A stretch of 64,000 nt of DNA from positions 22,444,001 to 22,508,000 of the forward strand of contig NC_043010.1 in the NCBI RefSeq assembly GCF_006345805.1, given 5' to 3'. The position numbers were made by a program, and so were the translations under genes. Each line of letters begins with the position of its first letter. Position 1 is the first letter of the stretch. Shown here piece after piece: positions 26,119 to 39,350 of this stretch. The DNA is from Octopus sinensis (Eukaryota). The notes below the pieces were generated by a model. The model was given only the letters and a program-made list of their open reading frames with translations, did no database searches and had not been told where the DNA came from.

Positions 26119-26519
26119 GTATGAGAAACCCTTTAAGTACAGAAATAAAACTGTAAATATCAATCCGAGCATCGCCCTTCACAAAGAGTAGAAAATAGAC
26201 TACGCAACGTGTGTATATGGATGATGTAAGGTGACTCGATGTGCTTACACCTGTTTCTCCAGACTGAGAAATTTTCACCATGACAAAATAGAGCGAATGG
26301 CTTCGTTACGGGTGCAAATAAGCCTCAGCCATATTCAAACTGGTAACAAATTTGTATTTATCTACATCTCTGTTTAGCGTGGCCACCCCGAGACACAGAT
26401 ATGTGCATATGTATATAACACCCATGTGTTATATATATATATACATATACACACACACTCACACACGCACACACATATATATATAATGTATGCATATATA
26501 CATACACACACACACACAC

Positions 26520-26850
26520 AACTATATAATTGGTACTCCGTCGGTTACGACGACGAGGGTTCCAGTTGATCCTACCAATGGCACATCCTGCACAGGAAAT
26601 TAATGTGTATGTGGTTGAGCACTCCACAGACATGTGTACCATTAACGTAGCTCTCGGGGAGATCTAGCGTGACAGAGAATGTGACAAGGCTGGCCCTTTG
26701 ATATTACAAGTACAACTCATTTTTGCCAGCTGAGTGGACTGGAGCAACGTGAAATAAAGTGTCTTGTTAAAGAACATAACACTTCGCCGGGAATCGAACC
26801 TTCGACGTTGCGGGCGTGTGCCGAGTACCCTAACCACTAAGCCACGCACC
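26520..26850 (-). mobile_element. SINE with a D-like middle and a C-like tail
   Basis: Tail ACTCCGTCGGTTACGACGACGAGGGTTCCAGTTGATC (plus strand), middle GTGAAATAAAGTGTCTTG, tRNA head. Confidence 0.75.
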
Positions 26851-27156
26851 TTCACATACAATTATATCCCCATATACCCATACATATACACTAATACATG
26901 AACATATATTACACGCATATATAAGCGCAGACACTTATGTATAAAAGCTGAGGCGCGTGTGCAGGCATGGGCGTCCGTGTCTATTTAAATATTTAGTTTG
27001 TCAACGAAGGAAGAAGAAAAGGCGGCACATCGCATTTATCAAAATGTATGGAATTTCTGTGTAGGTATGCGTGTGTTTGTAACTCTAAATCATGGATGTC
27101 TGTGTGTTTGCATCAGGAAATTCTTATTCATAAATATATAAATGCATGTGTATGTG

Positions 27157-27212
<56 letters not shown>

Positions 27213-27462
27213 TGCGCGTGTGTGTATGTGAGTGTGCGTGTGTGTGTATGTAAATGCATATATATATATGAGTATGTAAACATGTATATATATATATATA
27301 TATGTACACACATATATGTGTGTGTATGCAAATATGTATAAATATATGTATATATATAGACACATAGATAGATATGAAGACATATAGACAGAACATATGT
27401 GTGTGTGTACATGCATATATACAGGTCTATACATGTATACTTGTATGTTTGTGTATCAGTGC

Positions 27463-27513
<51 letters not shown>

Positions 27514-27976
27514 TAAACGTGCTTACATACACCCATATGTGCGTGTGCGCGCGTGCGCATAAATGGATATATATTCAAAAGTCACTTTTCGTTATTTTAA
27601 TGTAAACATACCCTGCAGTTATGAAAATAGGATTTAAATAGCGAATAAGGAAAAGAAATTAGAAAGAAAAGACCGAAAAATGAGTGCATTTTGCAACGAT
27701 ACGTGTCACATAGCAAGCACCCTGGTATTAGATGAGAGCCATAAAGTTCTACACATTAATTCCAAGGAAGAATTTCTTTTCCATTTTGAAAGATATTGCA
27801 ATGATGAATTTCGTGTTAATCTAGAATATATTTCTTTGATAAATATTTTGAGGTGACTTTGCAGAAATTTCAAATATGTGATTCAGTGTTTCGTGTTAAA
27901 AAATAACTTTTATTCGTTTTGAGATGCAAGACGAAAAAAGAATAAAAATGGTAGCGAACTGGCAGAAGGGTAAGTA

Positions 27977-28474
27977 CATTAATCCCTCTCTATATCGCAG
28001 TTCATCTATCGCGGTTTATTATTTAAGCTTACGAAGATTCCTCCGTAGTGTTGTTTTGTATTTATAATAAAATTAATATATACAGAATATAATAATAATA
28101 ACGTAACTCAGATACCAGGAAACCCCAAAATGGCAGAAATTCAAAAGATAGTGCTCATGGGAACTGCTCATATCCTACGCAAAATACTTTCTATGTAATC
28201 TCAAGGTTTAAAACAAACAATTTTTATTTATTTATTTAATTTTTTTAAAAATTTGATTTTTTATTTTTTTATTATTATTTTTTTATTTTTTTATTTATTT
28301 ATTAGTCATTCATAGTACAACACCAAAAAAAACCCAAATATATGGCACGCTAGGCATAACAAGAACGTGAACTTCCAACCTGTTGTCTCTTGAGGTATCT
28401 GGGTGAGACTTGGAGCCAACTTGTACAAATATAAAGCAAAAGTCAAACATAGAATAATAATAATAATAATAATA

Positions 28475-28519
<45 letters not shown>

Positions 28520-28614
28520 TTAAATATGCAGTACTATCTCTATTTCGCAGATTTTCACCTATCGTGGGGAGTGATGGGTGGAGCGTAATACCTGTGATAG
28601 TCGAGAGATAACTG
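27977..28614 (-). mobile_element. Tigger/pogo-like MITE, interrupted by an R4 fragment
   Basis: TIRs CATTAATCCCTC.. and ..GAGAGATAACTG. Both halves match the reverse complement of 39351-39564. Confidence 0.75.
28104..28453 (+). mobile_element. R4/Dong subfamily B 3' fragment
   Basis: QIPGNPKMAEIQKIVLMGTAHILRKILSM* plus the 3' UTR of 7847-8037. (AAT)n on both sides. Confidence 0.92.
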
Positions 28615-29104
28615 CACATCGAGCAAAATGCTTAGCTTTTTTTTTTCTTCCAGTTCTTTACGTTCTGAGTTCAAATTCCGCCTAGGTCGATTTTACCTTT
28701 ATTCTTTCGGGATAAATTAAATAAATACTGGTTGAGCACAGGAGTCAATGGAACCGACTAGTCCACTCCCTTAACATTTGCCTATTCTTGAAAGGTTTAT
28801 TAAGACAGTGAGCTCCTAGGAATCGTTAGTGCTTCTGACATATGTTTAGCGGCATTCCTTCTGTTTTTTGTTGTTTTCTGGGTTTTTTTAAAAATTCTGA
28901 ATTCAAATTCTGTGTTTCATCCTGTCAGAGTCGATAAACTGAGTACCAGTTGAGCACTAGGATCCACGGTATTCTTTAAGCCCCTCTTCCTAAATTTCCT
29001 GACCTTGTAACAAGCTGTGAAACCGAAACCATTATTATACTTTCTTGATTTCATGTGACCTGACTTACATTTGATACATTTAAGAGATGAACACTACTAT
29101 TTAC

Positions 29105-29226
29105 AAAACCAAATATATGGCACCCTAGGCATAACACCCACATGAACTTCTAACTTGCTGCCTCTTGAGGTCTCTGAGTGAGACTTAGAGCAAACTTGTA
29201 CAAATGCAAAGCAAAAGTCAAACGGA
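29105..29226 (+). mobile_element. R4/Dong subfamily B 3' UTR fragment
   Basis: Matches the reverse complement of 7847-7965. Confidence 0.85.
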
Positions 29227-29237
29227 ATAATAACATC

Positions 29238-29376
29238 GAAAAATACCTTAAGAATGAGAACCCAGGTTCTAAATTTCCCCCAAGACACCTGATGAAGACT
29301 GGAGGGTATATCAGCCGAAACGTTGTGTTAACAACAAACCAGATGAGGACAAATATCCGTCAAATGTAAATAATGA
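29238..29376 (+). mobile_element. PLE pLTR fragment with hammerhead 29284-29329
   Basis: GACAC, CTGATGA, A, GACTG..CAGCC (one stem II mismatch), GAAAC GTT, GTGTT. Confidence 0.8.
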
Positions 29377-30488
29377 CTTACATTTGATTTTCAGTTTAAG
29401 TGCTTTGGCTTTAGGTACCAAATGACATTATAAAAAAAAAGTTCCTTCCCGACTCACATAAGTTCATAGACCTGGTTTCCCAGTTTCCCTGGCGCATATA
29501 TTCCCAGAGGACGAAACGCCGGCCCATCGCAGGATTGTTAACTTCTTTCAGCGGAGTGGAAGAGAAAAAGAAATTCCAAGGAAAAAGAAATTCTTCATTG
29601 GAATTAACGTGAAATGAAATGGTTTTTCTCAAGAACACATCGCATCGCCTGGTCCAGGAATCGAAAAAACAATTATACGATCACGAATCCAGCACCCCTA
29701 ATCACTAAGCCATACGCTTCCACATCAATTGATAGTATTGCTGTTAAATCTGTAGTAAACATGTTGACCTCGAAACAAGTGTTTCTCGACCATTCTTCCC
29801 CTATGGACTCTCTTTGGTTACTATTTTGATCGGGTGGGTTGTCCTACCCATTTAGTGCTGATTAATTTCTTTTTATGAATGTTTATGGCAAAATATTATT
29901 AGGAACTGTATTAAAATAGTGTTAAAATATTGTACAATTCATTGGACATCAATTCTTACAACAAAATCTTATATGAACCCCGATGGGTCATGTGGGCCCC
30001 AGTGGAGAACTACTGATCAAAACAAACATCCACTGATTTAGAAAATAGTGAAATATGGACAAGCAACAAGTGGTATGTTCATAGGATTTGTTAATTACGA
30101 TTCTTCCAAAATATAAGAATAGATATTTGATCATTCCTTGTTGTAGAACCATGCGGCCACGACGTAGACAGAACACCGATTTTGAGACAGGTATAAACAG
30201 AATTACAAACACGGACATAAGAAGCACACACGTTATGTGTGTGTATGTTCGTGGGTGTGTATATGTGTTTGTGCATGTGTACGTAGGTATGTATAGGTAG
30301 GTAGGTAGGTAGGTAGGTAGGTAGGTAGGTGGGTGGGTGGATGGATAGATGGATGGATAGATACGCGCACACATATATGATGTATCCATATATCTGTATA
30401 TACATATGCTTATATGTGTATACAGACATTTGATATATGCGCATATATGAGTACGTACGCATATGTAAATGGTCATATACAGACAGAC

Positions 30489-30554
<66 letters not shown>

Positions 30555-30573
30555 GTATCTTTCCTTTTCCTAT

Positions 30574-30608
30574 GTTTTTGACGAAGAGCTCCGCTCGAAA
30601 CGTAAAAC
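30574..30608 (+). ncRNA. Minimal type-I hammerhead, U3/G8 core, in a short TA-flanked repeat (about 30557-30710)
   Basis: GTTT, TTGACGA, A, GAGC tcc GCTC, GAAAC GTA, AAAC. Confidence 0.6.
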
Positions 30609-30724
30609 CCTCCTTCTTCCCTTCCATCTTGAGCGCCCATAATACTATATTTGTTCCACGTCCTCGCATTGTGTTTTCTCTTTGTGTTTTCATGTTTGGA
30701 TTAACTAATATATATATATATATA

Positions 30725-30950
30725 TACACGCGCCCACTAACACACACATAAGTATACATATATAACGTATATAGTAGATATATACATACATATACATGTG
30801 TGTGTATATATAAACATATATATGTATATATATATATATATATATATACATATATATGTCTATATATATACACACACATGTATATGTATGTATATATCTA
30901 CTATATACGTTATATATGTATACGTATGTGTGTGTTAGTGGGCGCGTGTA
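30725..30950. repeat. Near-perfect spacerless palindrome, about 110-bp arms, centred on (TA)n
   Basis: TACACGCGCCCACTAACACAC..TAGTAGATATATAC.. is mirrored by ..GTGTGTTAGTGGGCGCGTGTA. Confidence 0.9.
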
Positions 30951-31194
30951 CGCGTTGTATATTTGTTGACCGTAAGGGACATCCGCCCAATCGAATAGCC
31001 TATGTCTTGTGTTATCTGTCGAAACAATATATTATGACTGCAGGAATTTATGAGGCAGGACATTCGTATTTTTGTTTAATATGGTGAATCGGATTTCTTT
31101 TACAAAGTTTTCTCTTCACTAAATATTCTTAGACACGAATTATTTATCATTATTATTGTTTCATAAATTTTCGTTTCGTCCTTTGTGTATTACT

Positions 31195-31457
31195 CTTTTA
31201 CACTTCTACTTGTTTCGGTCATTTGACTGTGGCCATGCTGGAGCACCGCCTTTAGTCGAGCACATCGACCCCAGGACCTATTCATTGTAAGCCTAGTACT
31301 TATTCTATCGGTCTGTTTTGCCGAACCACTAAGTTACGGGGAGGTAAACACACCACCATCGGTTGTCAAGCGATGATGGGGGCACAAACACAAACACATA
31401 AACACACACACACATACACACACACACACACTCACACACACACACACACACACACAC

Positions 31458-31527
<70 letters not shown>

Positions 31528-31714
31528 CATAATATATACATACATATATACGGCGGGCTACTTTCATTTTCCGTCTACCAAATCCACTCGCAAGGCTTTG
31601 GTCGCCCCGAGGCTATAGTAGAAGACACTTGCCCTAAGTGCCCCGCATTGGGAATGAAACCGGAACAATGAAGTTGGTAAGCAAGCTACTTACCACACAG
31701 CCACTCCTGCGCCT
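31195..31714 (-). mobile_element. SINE family A, full length
   Basis: Reverse complement collinear with 53535-53945. Confidence 0.88.
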
Positions 31715-32796
31715 ATTACTCCACAATTTGAATGAGTCTAGCTGAACGTTGCTGAGTATGATATTCCAAGATGCGCTACGGCTTTCATAGACAGAGGGTT
31801 ATCTTCCTATATTTCGGGACGGTCATGTTTTTCGATCTTTTGCCAAATAAACACACGCACTGTATAGTAGTCCTTCACTTCGGCTTTATAATCGTTCTTA
31901 TTTTAGTGTCTATCGTCTTAAATTTTTCGTTACACATCAAGTAATCTCTTCAGCGACTCTCTATCCCGCGTGTCTCCTGAGGTCACTGGATGTGTGACGA
32001 AAAATTTTACCCAAAGGACACTAAACTAAGTACGTGAAGGACGAGTATACAGTACGTGTATTTGGTAAAAGGACAACAAAAAACATGACCGTCCCGAAAG
32101 TTAACATTTGTTTTTAACAAACGTTTTCACGTCAGCAATCTTGCAAAACAATTGCATAAACGCAACGACAGTTATCATCCCTTGCCGCACATTGATTTCA
32201 AATGTTGACTCAATTCCAGCAATTCTGAGGAATGGGCTAAGTCGATTAGATCGACTCCAGTACGCAACTGGTACATATTTTATCAATCCCCGAAATGATG
32301 AAAGCAAAGATGACCTCGGTGGAATTTGAACTCAGAACGTAGCGGTAGACGAAATGTTGCTAAGTTTTCTGTCCGGCGAGACACCATTCCTATCGTTGAA
32401 ATCTGAAACAAAGTATTTGGAAGATATGGTGAAACAAATCCGCTGGGTTTTTCAGAGGCACCTTAGATTCAGTACCAAATTCCAGTTTGCTAGAAGCGAT
32501 GACAACTTAACGTAGAATACCTTTAAACTGTGGAGTTACCTCAGATAGATCGGGCAGATTAATTTGCTGTGGGAAAACAAAACTTTGACAGCAGAGAAGG
32601 AACCTAAAACATATATCTAGCCGTTATTTTGATGTTTTGGATTTGAATATTATAAGATTCTCGATGCAAAATTATATGCTGAAACAGATATCGTTGAATA
32701 TGTGATCGCGTATGTCTACATAAATGGCTGTTTACTTTCAAATTACTCCCCTTGAATACAACAGCAACGGAAGTAATTGGGATTTTCGTTTTATAC

Positions 32797-32881
32797 CTTG
32801 ACCCGAGCATAGGATGGGGCTCGCCTCTTTGAGCTGGGAAATGAATGGAATGACTGGTGCGTGTCTTCTGGCTACCCACTC
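32797..32881 (-). CDS. Candidate 85-nt exon, unknown product
   Basis: ctatttcccatttttttag|GAGTGG..GTCAAG|gtataa. GC-rich, with two open frames (VGSQKTRTSHSIHFPAQRGEPHPMLGS or EWVARRHAPVIPFISQLKEASPILCSGQ). Confidence 0.3.
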
Positions 32882-33210
32882 CTAAAAAAATGGGAAATAG
32901 GCCTTGGTATATGTATGTATACATACAACAGATAAATATGTAAGCGCGCACGTCTGTGTTGTTCTTTTTCTCTTTCTAATTTAGAATAAATTTCGAACGA
33001 TCACCGACTTCGTAGCAAGGTTGTGAAGGAAAGCATTTTTTTTTAACTCTCGTCCTTTAAGTCGTAAGGTCTTGCAGAGTTTTTTTATATTTCCAGATAT
33101 CGTGATCATTTCTTTTGTATGAAATAAGGATTTTGCAATCTCTCTTCAAAGAACACAAGTTCAGCCATACTTTGTTCCAGACAGGTTGGTTTGTATCCTC
33201 TTGCTCTAAT

Positions 33211-33428
33211 AATTCTTTCTACTCTAGACACAAGGCCTGAAAAATCGTGGGAGGAGACTAGCCGATTACATCGACCATAGTGTTTCACTGGTACTTAATT
33301 TATCTACACCGAAAGGATGAAAGGGAAAGTCGACCCCCGGTGGAATTTGAACTCAGAACGTAGCTACTGGAGAAATGCCGCGAAACATTTTGCCCGGCGT
33401 GATAACAATTCTGCCAGCTCGCCGTCTT
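33211..33428 (-). mobile_element. SINE family B with 13-bp target-site duplication
   Basis: CTCTTGCTCTAAT at 33198-33210 and 33429-33441. Confidence 0.85.
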
Positions 33429-33784
33429 CTCTTGCTCTAATTATAATAGTTATGAAGCTGAAAGTGTATCTAGGGTACTGGATTTGCAAACTCCTAATCA
33501 ATGGTCCATTAATGTCCTCTTTCTATTGTATTTTCTAACTACATTCTCGTCCAAAGAGCAGCTGATTTCCACAACAGAATACATGTTTATAATCCCACAC
33601 AACATCTGGTGGCTGTTTTAATTTTTAAGTTCCATCAATTTTCTTTCGGCCCATCGGTTTCAATATAGTCATCTTTTTTTGTATGTGTGTTTTATCTTGT
33701 TCCAGCCTTTTCCGGCCACTGCACCATGCCTCACCGAAAGATAATATCTAGAACACATTTTCTCGCGGTTAACAAAAATGTGGT

Positions 33785-33816
<32 letters not shown>

Positions 33817-34692
33817 TGTATGTATGTATGTATGTATGTATGTATGTATGTATGCATGCATGTGTGTGTGTATGTATTCTCGTTTTTTAATTTAGAGTAA
33901 ATTTTGAATGGAGGGATGGATGTGAGCATGTATGTATGAATGTATGCATGCATGCACGTATGCACATTTGTTCTCTCTGTTTATTTAGATCATTCCTCTG
34001 AGGAAAGAGCTGGTTTCGAACAAAGGTTCAAAGCTTCGTAGTTGGAAGGCAGATAAAAGCAATGTCACATTTTGAACTCGACAAAAATCTTGCATATTTT
34101 CCTGTTCCTCTTACCGATTCGATTTGTAATGTTCGAATCAGTTTAGTTGATTTCTTTTTCTAAAAACCCTGACTTCTCCATATTGCCAGTAAGGCCTTTA
34201 CTCACAAAACCAAGAAACACAAATATTATTGGCAAAAATGTGAATTAATAAGCTGAATATAGAATCTGGAAGTTTCGAAGCAGCTATCAAAATTTTCCTT
34301 ATTTTTTAAAACATTTCTATATATGTATGTACGTATTTATGTACGTATGTATGTAAGTCATTATTCAGTTTTATTTCCAGATTTCTTGCCAATAGAGAAG
34401 GTGCCGGTCTTTAACCTAGATCCAAGTATCCTTCAATGAAATTACAACAAAATCAACAAAGTATTTTTGTATGTATGTATGTATGTATGTATGTATGTAT
34501 GTATGTATGTATGTATGTATGTATGTATGTATGTATGTATGTATGTAGGTAGGTATTTAAGTAGGTAGGTAGGTAGGTAGGTAGGTAGGTAGGTAGGTAG
34601 GTAGGTAGGTAGGGGGAGGCGTGCAGTTTTCTTACAATCAGGAAGAAAATCGCAGCATGAAAATGAAAATTTACTCGTCCTTCTCTTGACAG

Positions 34693-34757
34693 TATTTGAT
34701 AGAGTTTCAGCGCTTGGCGATCAGCGGACAACGGACAGCGAGCGGCGAGAGTTTCAA
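34693..34757 (+). CDS. Candidate 65-nt exon, unknown product
   Basis: tactcgtccttctcttgacag|TATTTG..TTTCAA|gtgaat. CpG-rich, with open frames FDRVSALGDQRTTDSERREFQ or YLIEFQRLAISGQRTASGESF. Confidence 0.25.
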
Positions 34758-35213
34758 GTGAATCAAAGCAGAATGCATCTATAATATTAATAGAAAAACA
34801 GTTTATGTCTATCATACATGACTGACCTCAAATTATAGAAGGAATCTAATAACCAGTAAGAATATCTGTTTCAATCAATGACTATCTTTAACTTCCCCAT
34901 ATATGTAAAGGGACAACACAACTGCACTTGAGCAAAGCGAACGGAAAATCACGCACACACACACAAACATGTATTGGGAGTAATTTTAAGCTATGATTTA
35001 TGTTCCATAAGCGACGGAATGCACGCAACAGCTGACATATTATCGTGTAGAGTTCAGTTGATAATCATACAGTAACATAAAAGTATAAGGTCTTCTTAGA
35101 AGTAGAACTGACGCAGCAAACTATTAGCATTTAAGGCAGGAATTCTATCTGCCAATTCCATATGTATGCAAATTTATCTGTCTATCTGTCTATCTATCTA
35201 TCAATCTATCTAT

Positions 35214-35280
<67 letters not shown>

Positions 35281-35537
35281 ACTATCTATCTATCTATCTA
35301 TTTATCTATCTGTCTATCTGTCTATTTATCTAGCTACCTGTCTCTCTATCTATCTAGCTGTCTATCTCTCTGTCTATCTATTTGTCTACCTATCTATTTA
35401 TATGCATGTATATATTTGTATGTATATATATACATATAAACATATACATACGAACATATATTGGCAATTTTACGTATCCCGACATAAACACTAGACTATG
35501 CATTATTAACATGTACTAAACACACACATACACGCAT

Positions 35538-35616
<79 letters not shown>

Positions 35617-35854
35617 GGATGAATGAATTACAGTTAACACGGAAAATTCAATAGACAGTTACCAGGGTAGCAAAATTCACGCAAGTAACAAGGATGGTGT
35701 GACCTATTCAAAGGTAGACGCTCCGGGTTAATGTGCAGTAATTTGTATAGTATGTCAATAAATGGAGTTGAACGCAGGTGTTATTCAAATTCTTTTACTT
35801 TCGACATATGTTTCGAAGACAACATTGGTTTTATTCCAAAGAGTTTCTCTGCTA

Positions 35855-36556
35855 TCTTCTATATATATAAAAGAGGTTTAGGGTCAAAATTGTGTGCACA
35901 TTTTGATACGCCAGAGGTTGGCGGCCAGACCAGTGGTCGGATCGAGCTGAAAATAGACACAGGCATAGACACAGGCATAGACACAGGATGAGGCAGAGAG
36001 TTGTGTAGGTCAAAACTCACCATCTGGAGAGGTGCGGTTGCTATGGTAAGAAGAATGATTTTTTATCGATTCAAGGGGGCTCTAAGCCCCTCCAGATTGG
36101 TGCGGTTGGCATCTAATATAATCTATAAAATGAAGAAGTGGTACGTTGATGCAAATTGGATTTTTATGTAAAAAGCAGTCTAAATTTACAGGAGGGGCTA
36201 ACTTGATGTGAGAAATTGATTGGGAGACGTTTTTTTTTCTTTTTTTTAATCTCTAAAATAGTGACACGTACAAAAGGCAAATGTGCTTTCCGTTGTCACT
36301 GCCTGATATTTATGATTGATCTTTCAAAATATTTTCCCTTCTGAACTTTTGTGTTTTTATAAATGAGAGAGAGACAGATAGAGAGTAAGAGAAAGCGAGG
36401 GAGAGTCCGAGAGAAAGGAAGAGTAAGAGAGTGGGAAAGTGAGAGAGAAAGGAGAGACAACAAAGAGGGAGAATGTGGTGATAAGAAACAGAAAGGAAGC
36501 AACAGATAGTAACAACCACACCCTTACCCACGCGTAGAGCCGTCACCTTAAGCTAG
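35855..36556 (+). mobile_element. Possible non-autonomous Helitron-like element
   Basis: Starts TCTTCTATATATATAAAA, has a DINE-like CGGATCGAGCTGAAA motif and a second TC..TATAAAA start at about 36112, and ends CTAG|T. No clean subterminal hairpin. Confidence 0.4.
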
Positions 36557-36742
36557 TATACATATGTATATATATATATAAATACAAAAGTGGAACAAGA
36601 ACGGAAAACATCCACACAGACGATACAAAGAAAACAAGGACGGGTCATTCGGAGTTTTCTTTCCTCAATCGAGTTCCAGATTATATGTGTGTGTGTGTCT
36701 AAGTATGTAAATATATAAACATATATTTATATATATATATAA

Positions 36743-36812
<70 letters not shown>

Positions 36813-36821
36813 GTATCTAGC

Positions 36822-36874
<53 letters not shown>

Positions 36875-37650
36875 ACAAGAAATGGTCTTTAATGTTAGAC
36901 AGTATCTGCAGACAAGGTAGAGTGCTCTTGTATACAGAGAAACGCACACATACACAAACTAACTTGTGTGTATATGTTAAATTCCTCCTGTCAATAAGAT
37001 AATATCGTTTCGTTTCTGTCTTTGTTTTTGTATATATTTTCTCTGCTTTTTTTCTATTTTTGCTCGTTTTATTTTTACCTGGCATTAACGCCTCACATAA
37101 AACATGGCTACTTTAATAGAATAAAAGACATTCACAAAAATGAAATCACATACTACAAAAACAAAACAAAACAATAAATACGAAATGCGTCGAACCTGGA
37201 GGATTATGTTTTCAGTATTTTGTTGCTGAGAGATACAATGGATGGCTTGAAAAGTTGGCTAACAAGATAAGCCGTCTTCGTGTCGTTAGGATTTGTTGAA
37301 AATACTGTCATTATGTTAACGCGGGAATCTACGTGTGTTGGTCGTTTATATCAGAGCAAGCTATAATGGATGGTGATTTGCAATTCAGTATAAGCCCTGC
37401 GTGAAGTTGTTTCTTTTTATGTAGGAGCGCGTGTATATAAACGTGTTTATAAATGTGTTGTGCTGTTTTGTGTATATCGTTGTCTTTTAATAACTATAAG
37501 GTGGGAAATTGTCAGAATCGTTAGAATCTAGAACAAAAGTACATTGTAGTATTTAATTACGTCTCTTTATGCTCTGAGTTCAACTCTAGGGTTTGATTTT
37601 ATGGACGAAGAGTCCTCCTTCCCCTGCTGTAATATATGTCTTACTCTAAA

Positions 37651-38052
37651 GGCGGCGAACTGGCAGAAACGTTAGCACGCCGGATGAAATGCTTAGCGGT
37701 ATTTCGTCTGCGTTACGTTGGGAGTTCAAATTCCGCCGAGGTCGACTTTGCCTTTCATCCTTTCGGGGTCGATAAATTAAGTACCAGTTACGCACTGGGG
37801 TCGATGTAATCGACTTAATACCTATGTCTGTCCTTGTTTGTCCTCTCTGTGTTTAGCCCCTTGTTTGTCCCCTCTGTGGGTAGTAAAGAAATAGGCATTT
37901 CGTCCGTCTTTACGTTCTGAGTTCAAATTCTGACGAGGTCGACTTTGCCTCTTATCCGTTCGGGGGTCGATAAAATAAGTACCAGTTAGACACTGGGGCT
38001 GATAGAAACGACTTACACCCTCCCCAAAATTGCTGGTCTTGTGTCAAAATTT
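37651..38052 (+). mobile_element. SINE family B composite
   Basis: Head-body-tailA-body-tailB. Confidence 0.88.
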
Positions 38053-39350
38053 GAAGCCAATATACTTTTACTTCTGTTTCTTATACTATAAAGCATTACA
38101 TTGTTGCTATTGTTTACTAATTTACTTCTGTTCAACCCTAAGCTATCAGATATATGGTCAAAGACGTTCCACCAATGACCATCTTTTCGATTTTAGGATG
38201 AATACGTTTTACATGATCGAAAGTATCCTTTTCTTTTGAACGAAAGATAGGTTAAGATATCCAAAGCGTATCAAAATTATCCATAAACATACTTGATTAT
38301 CGTCTGGATTATCTTAAGGTACTTACAGAAGACTTAAATATCTTTTAATGCTGGAGTGAATTTTTAGCAGATTTGATTGCTATTTCTTGAAAGGCTGCAT
38401 CTACAAGAGGTCAACACATTCCTACACTTATGAAACCAATTTTATCATATAAAATAAAACTGTGTTGTTGTCGTTGTTGTTGTGTAATTCTCATATAGCC
38501 TTTCATCTCCACGTCAGCTACATTTGACTGGTATTTCTAGCAAAGCAGTGTCCACACAGAGGCAGCCTCGCTTTCGCTCTTATAAAATCAAATTGTTAAT
38601 TCAAGTATTCATGTATTTTATCGTCGTTTCCAGGTCGGCTGAAACTGAGCGGAGACAAGTTCATCTTTCTTAATTTCATAAATAGGATCACGTAGTTTTT
38701 GTGGCACTGGGAAGAAGTTTTGTGGCTTTGTAGCTAGGGTTCATGATTCTAGGGCAGCGAGTTCGATTTCTGGAGCGGACAACGATGCGTTGTGTCCTTG
38801 TGCAAAGCATTTCATTTTGTGTTGGTACATTCTCTTCAGGTATAATGAGTACCAACCGTGTACTGGTTCAGTTCCACTCTCCAGTCACCGGTTACGTTCT
38901 GGATGATTTACTGTGTGAAATGAAAGAGACCCAAGTGGGTATCTATCTGTGCTCACGATTACTTAGCCACCGAAAACAATACGCGATAGCATAGTACTTG
39001 TACCTACATCAAACTCGCTCATACGTGACGACTGGCGTTTTAGCTGCACCCTTTTAAAAGCGTTTAGTTATGATATGAGGGAAATATGGATGCTATTTCT
39101 TGTATGTTTAGTGACTACACGTATGTTCCCTAAATGGTGACTACACGCATGTTCTTGAAAATATCTGGGTTTTAATCACCTGTGTTATAAGCCCTCTACG
39201 TCTAACATTCATGACTGTACGTGATGGAGAAATCTAGCAGAATCAGTAAAAATTCAAAGACGCTATCGGCCAGTGGCTCTCACTCACTTTCATTTCGTGT
39301 AGCACTGCAGATTAAATAAAATTGTTAATGCACTTCGAATGAAAAGTTTA

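Larger units (their letters stand above)
27950..28790 (+). mobile_element. SINE family B interrupted by a MITE
   Basis: Head GGTAGCGAACTGGCAGAA..GTA at 27950-27976 resumes CATCGAGCAAAATGCTTAGC at about 28617. Confidence 0.65.

Noticed and set aside
38632-38690. Strong-looking splice acceptor tattttatcgtcgtttccag|G
   Set aside because: No convincing donor follows and open frames are short. Such pseudo-exons are expected by chance in AT-rich DNA.
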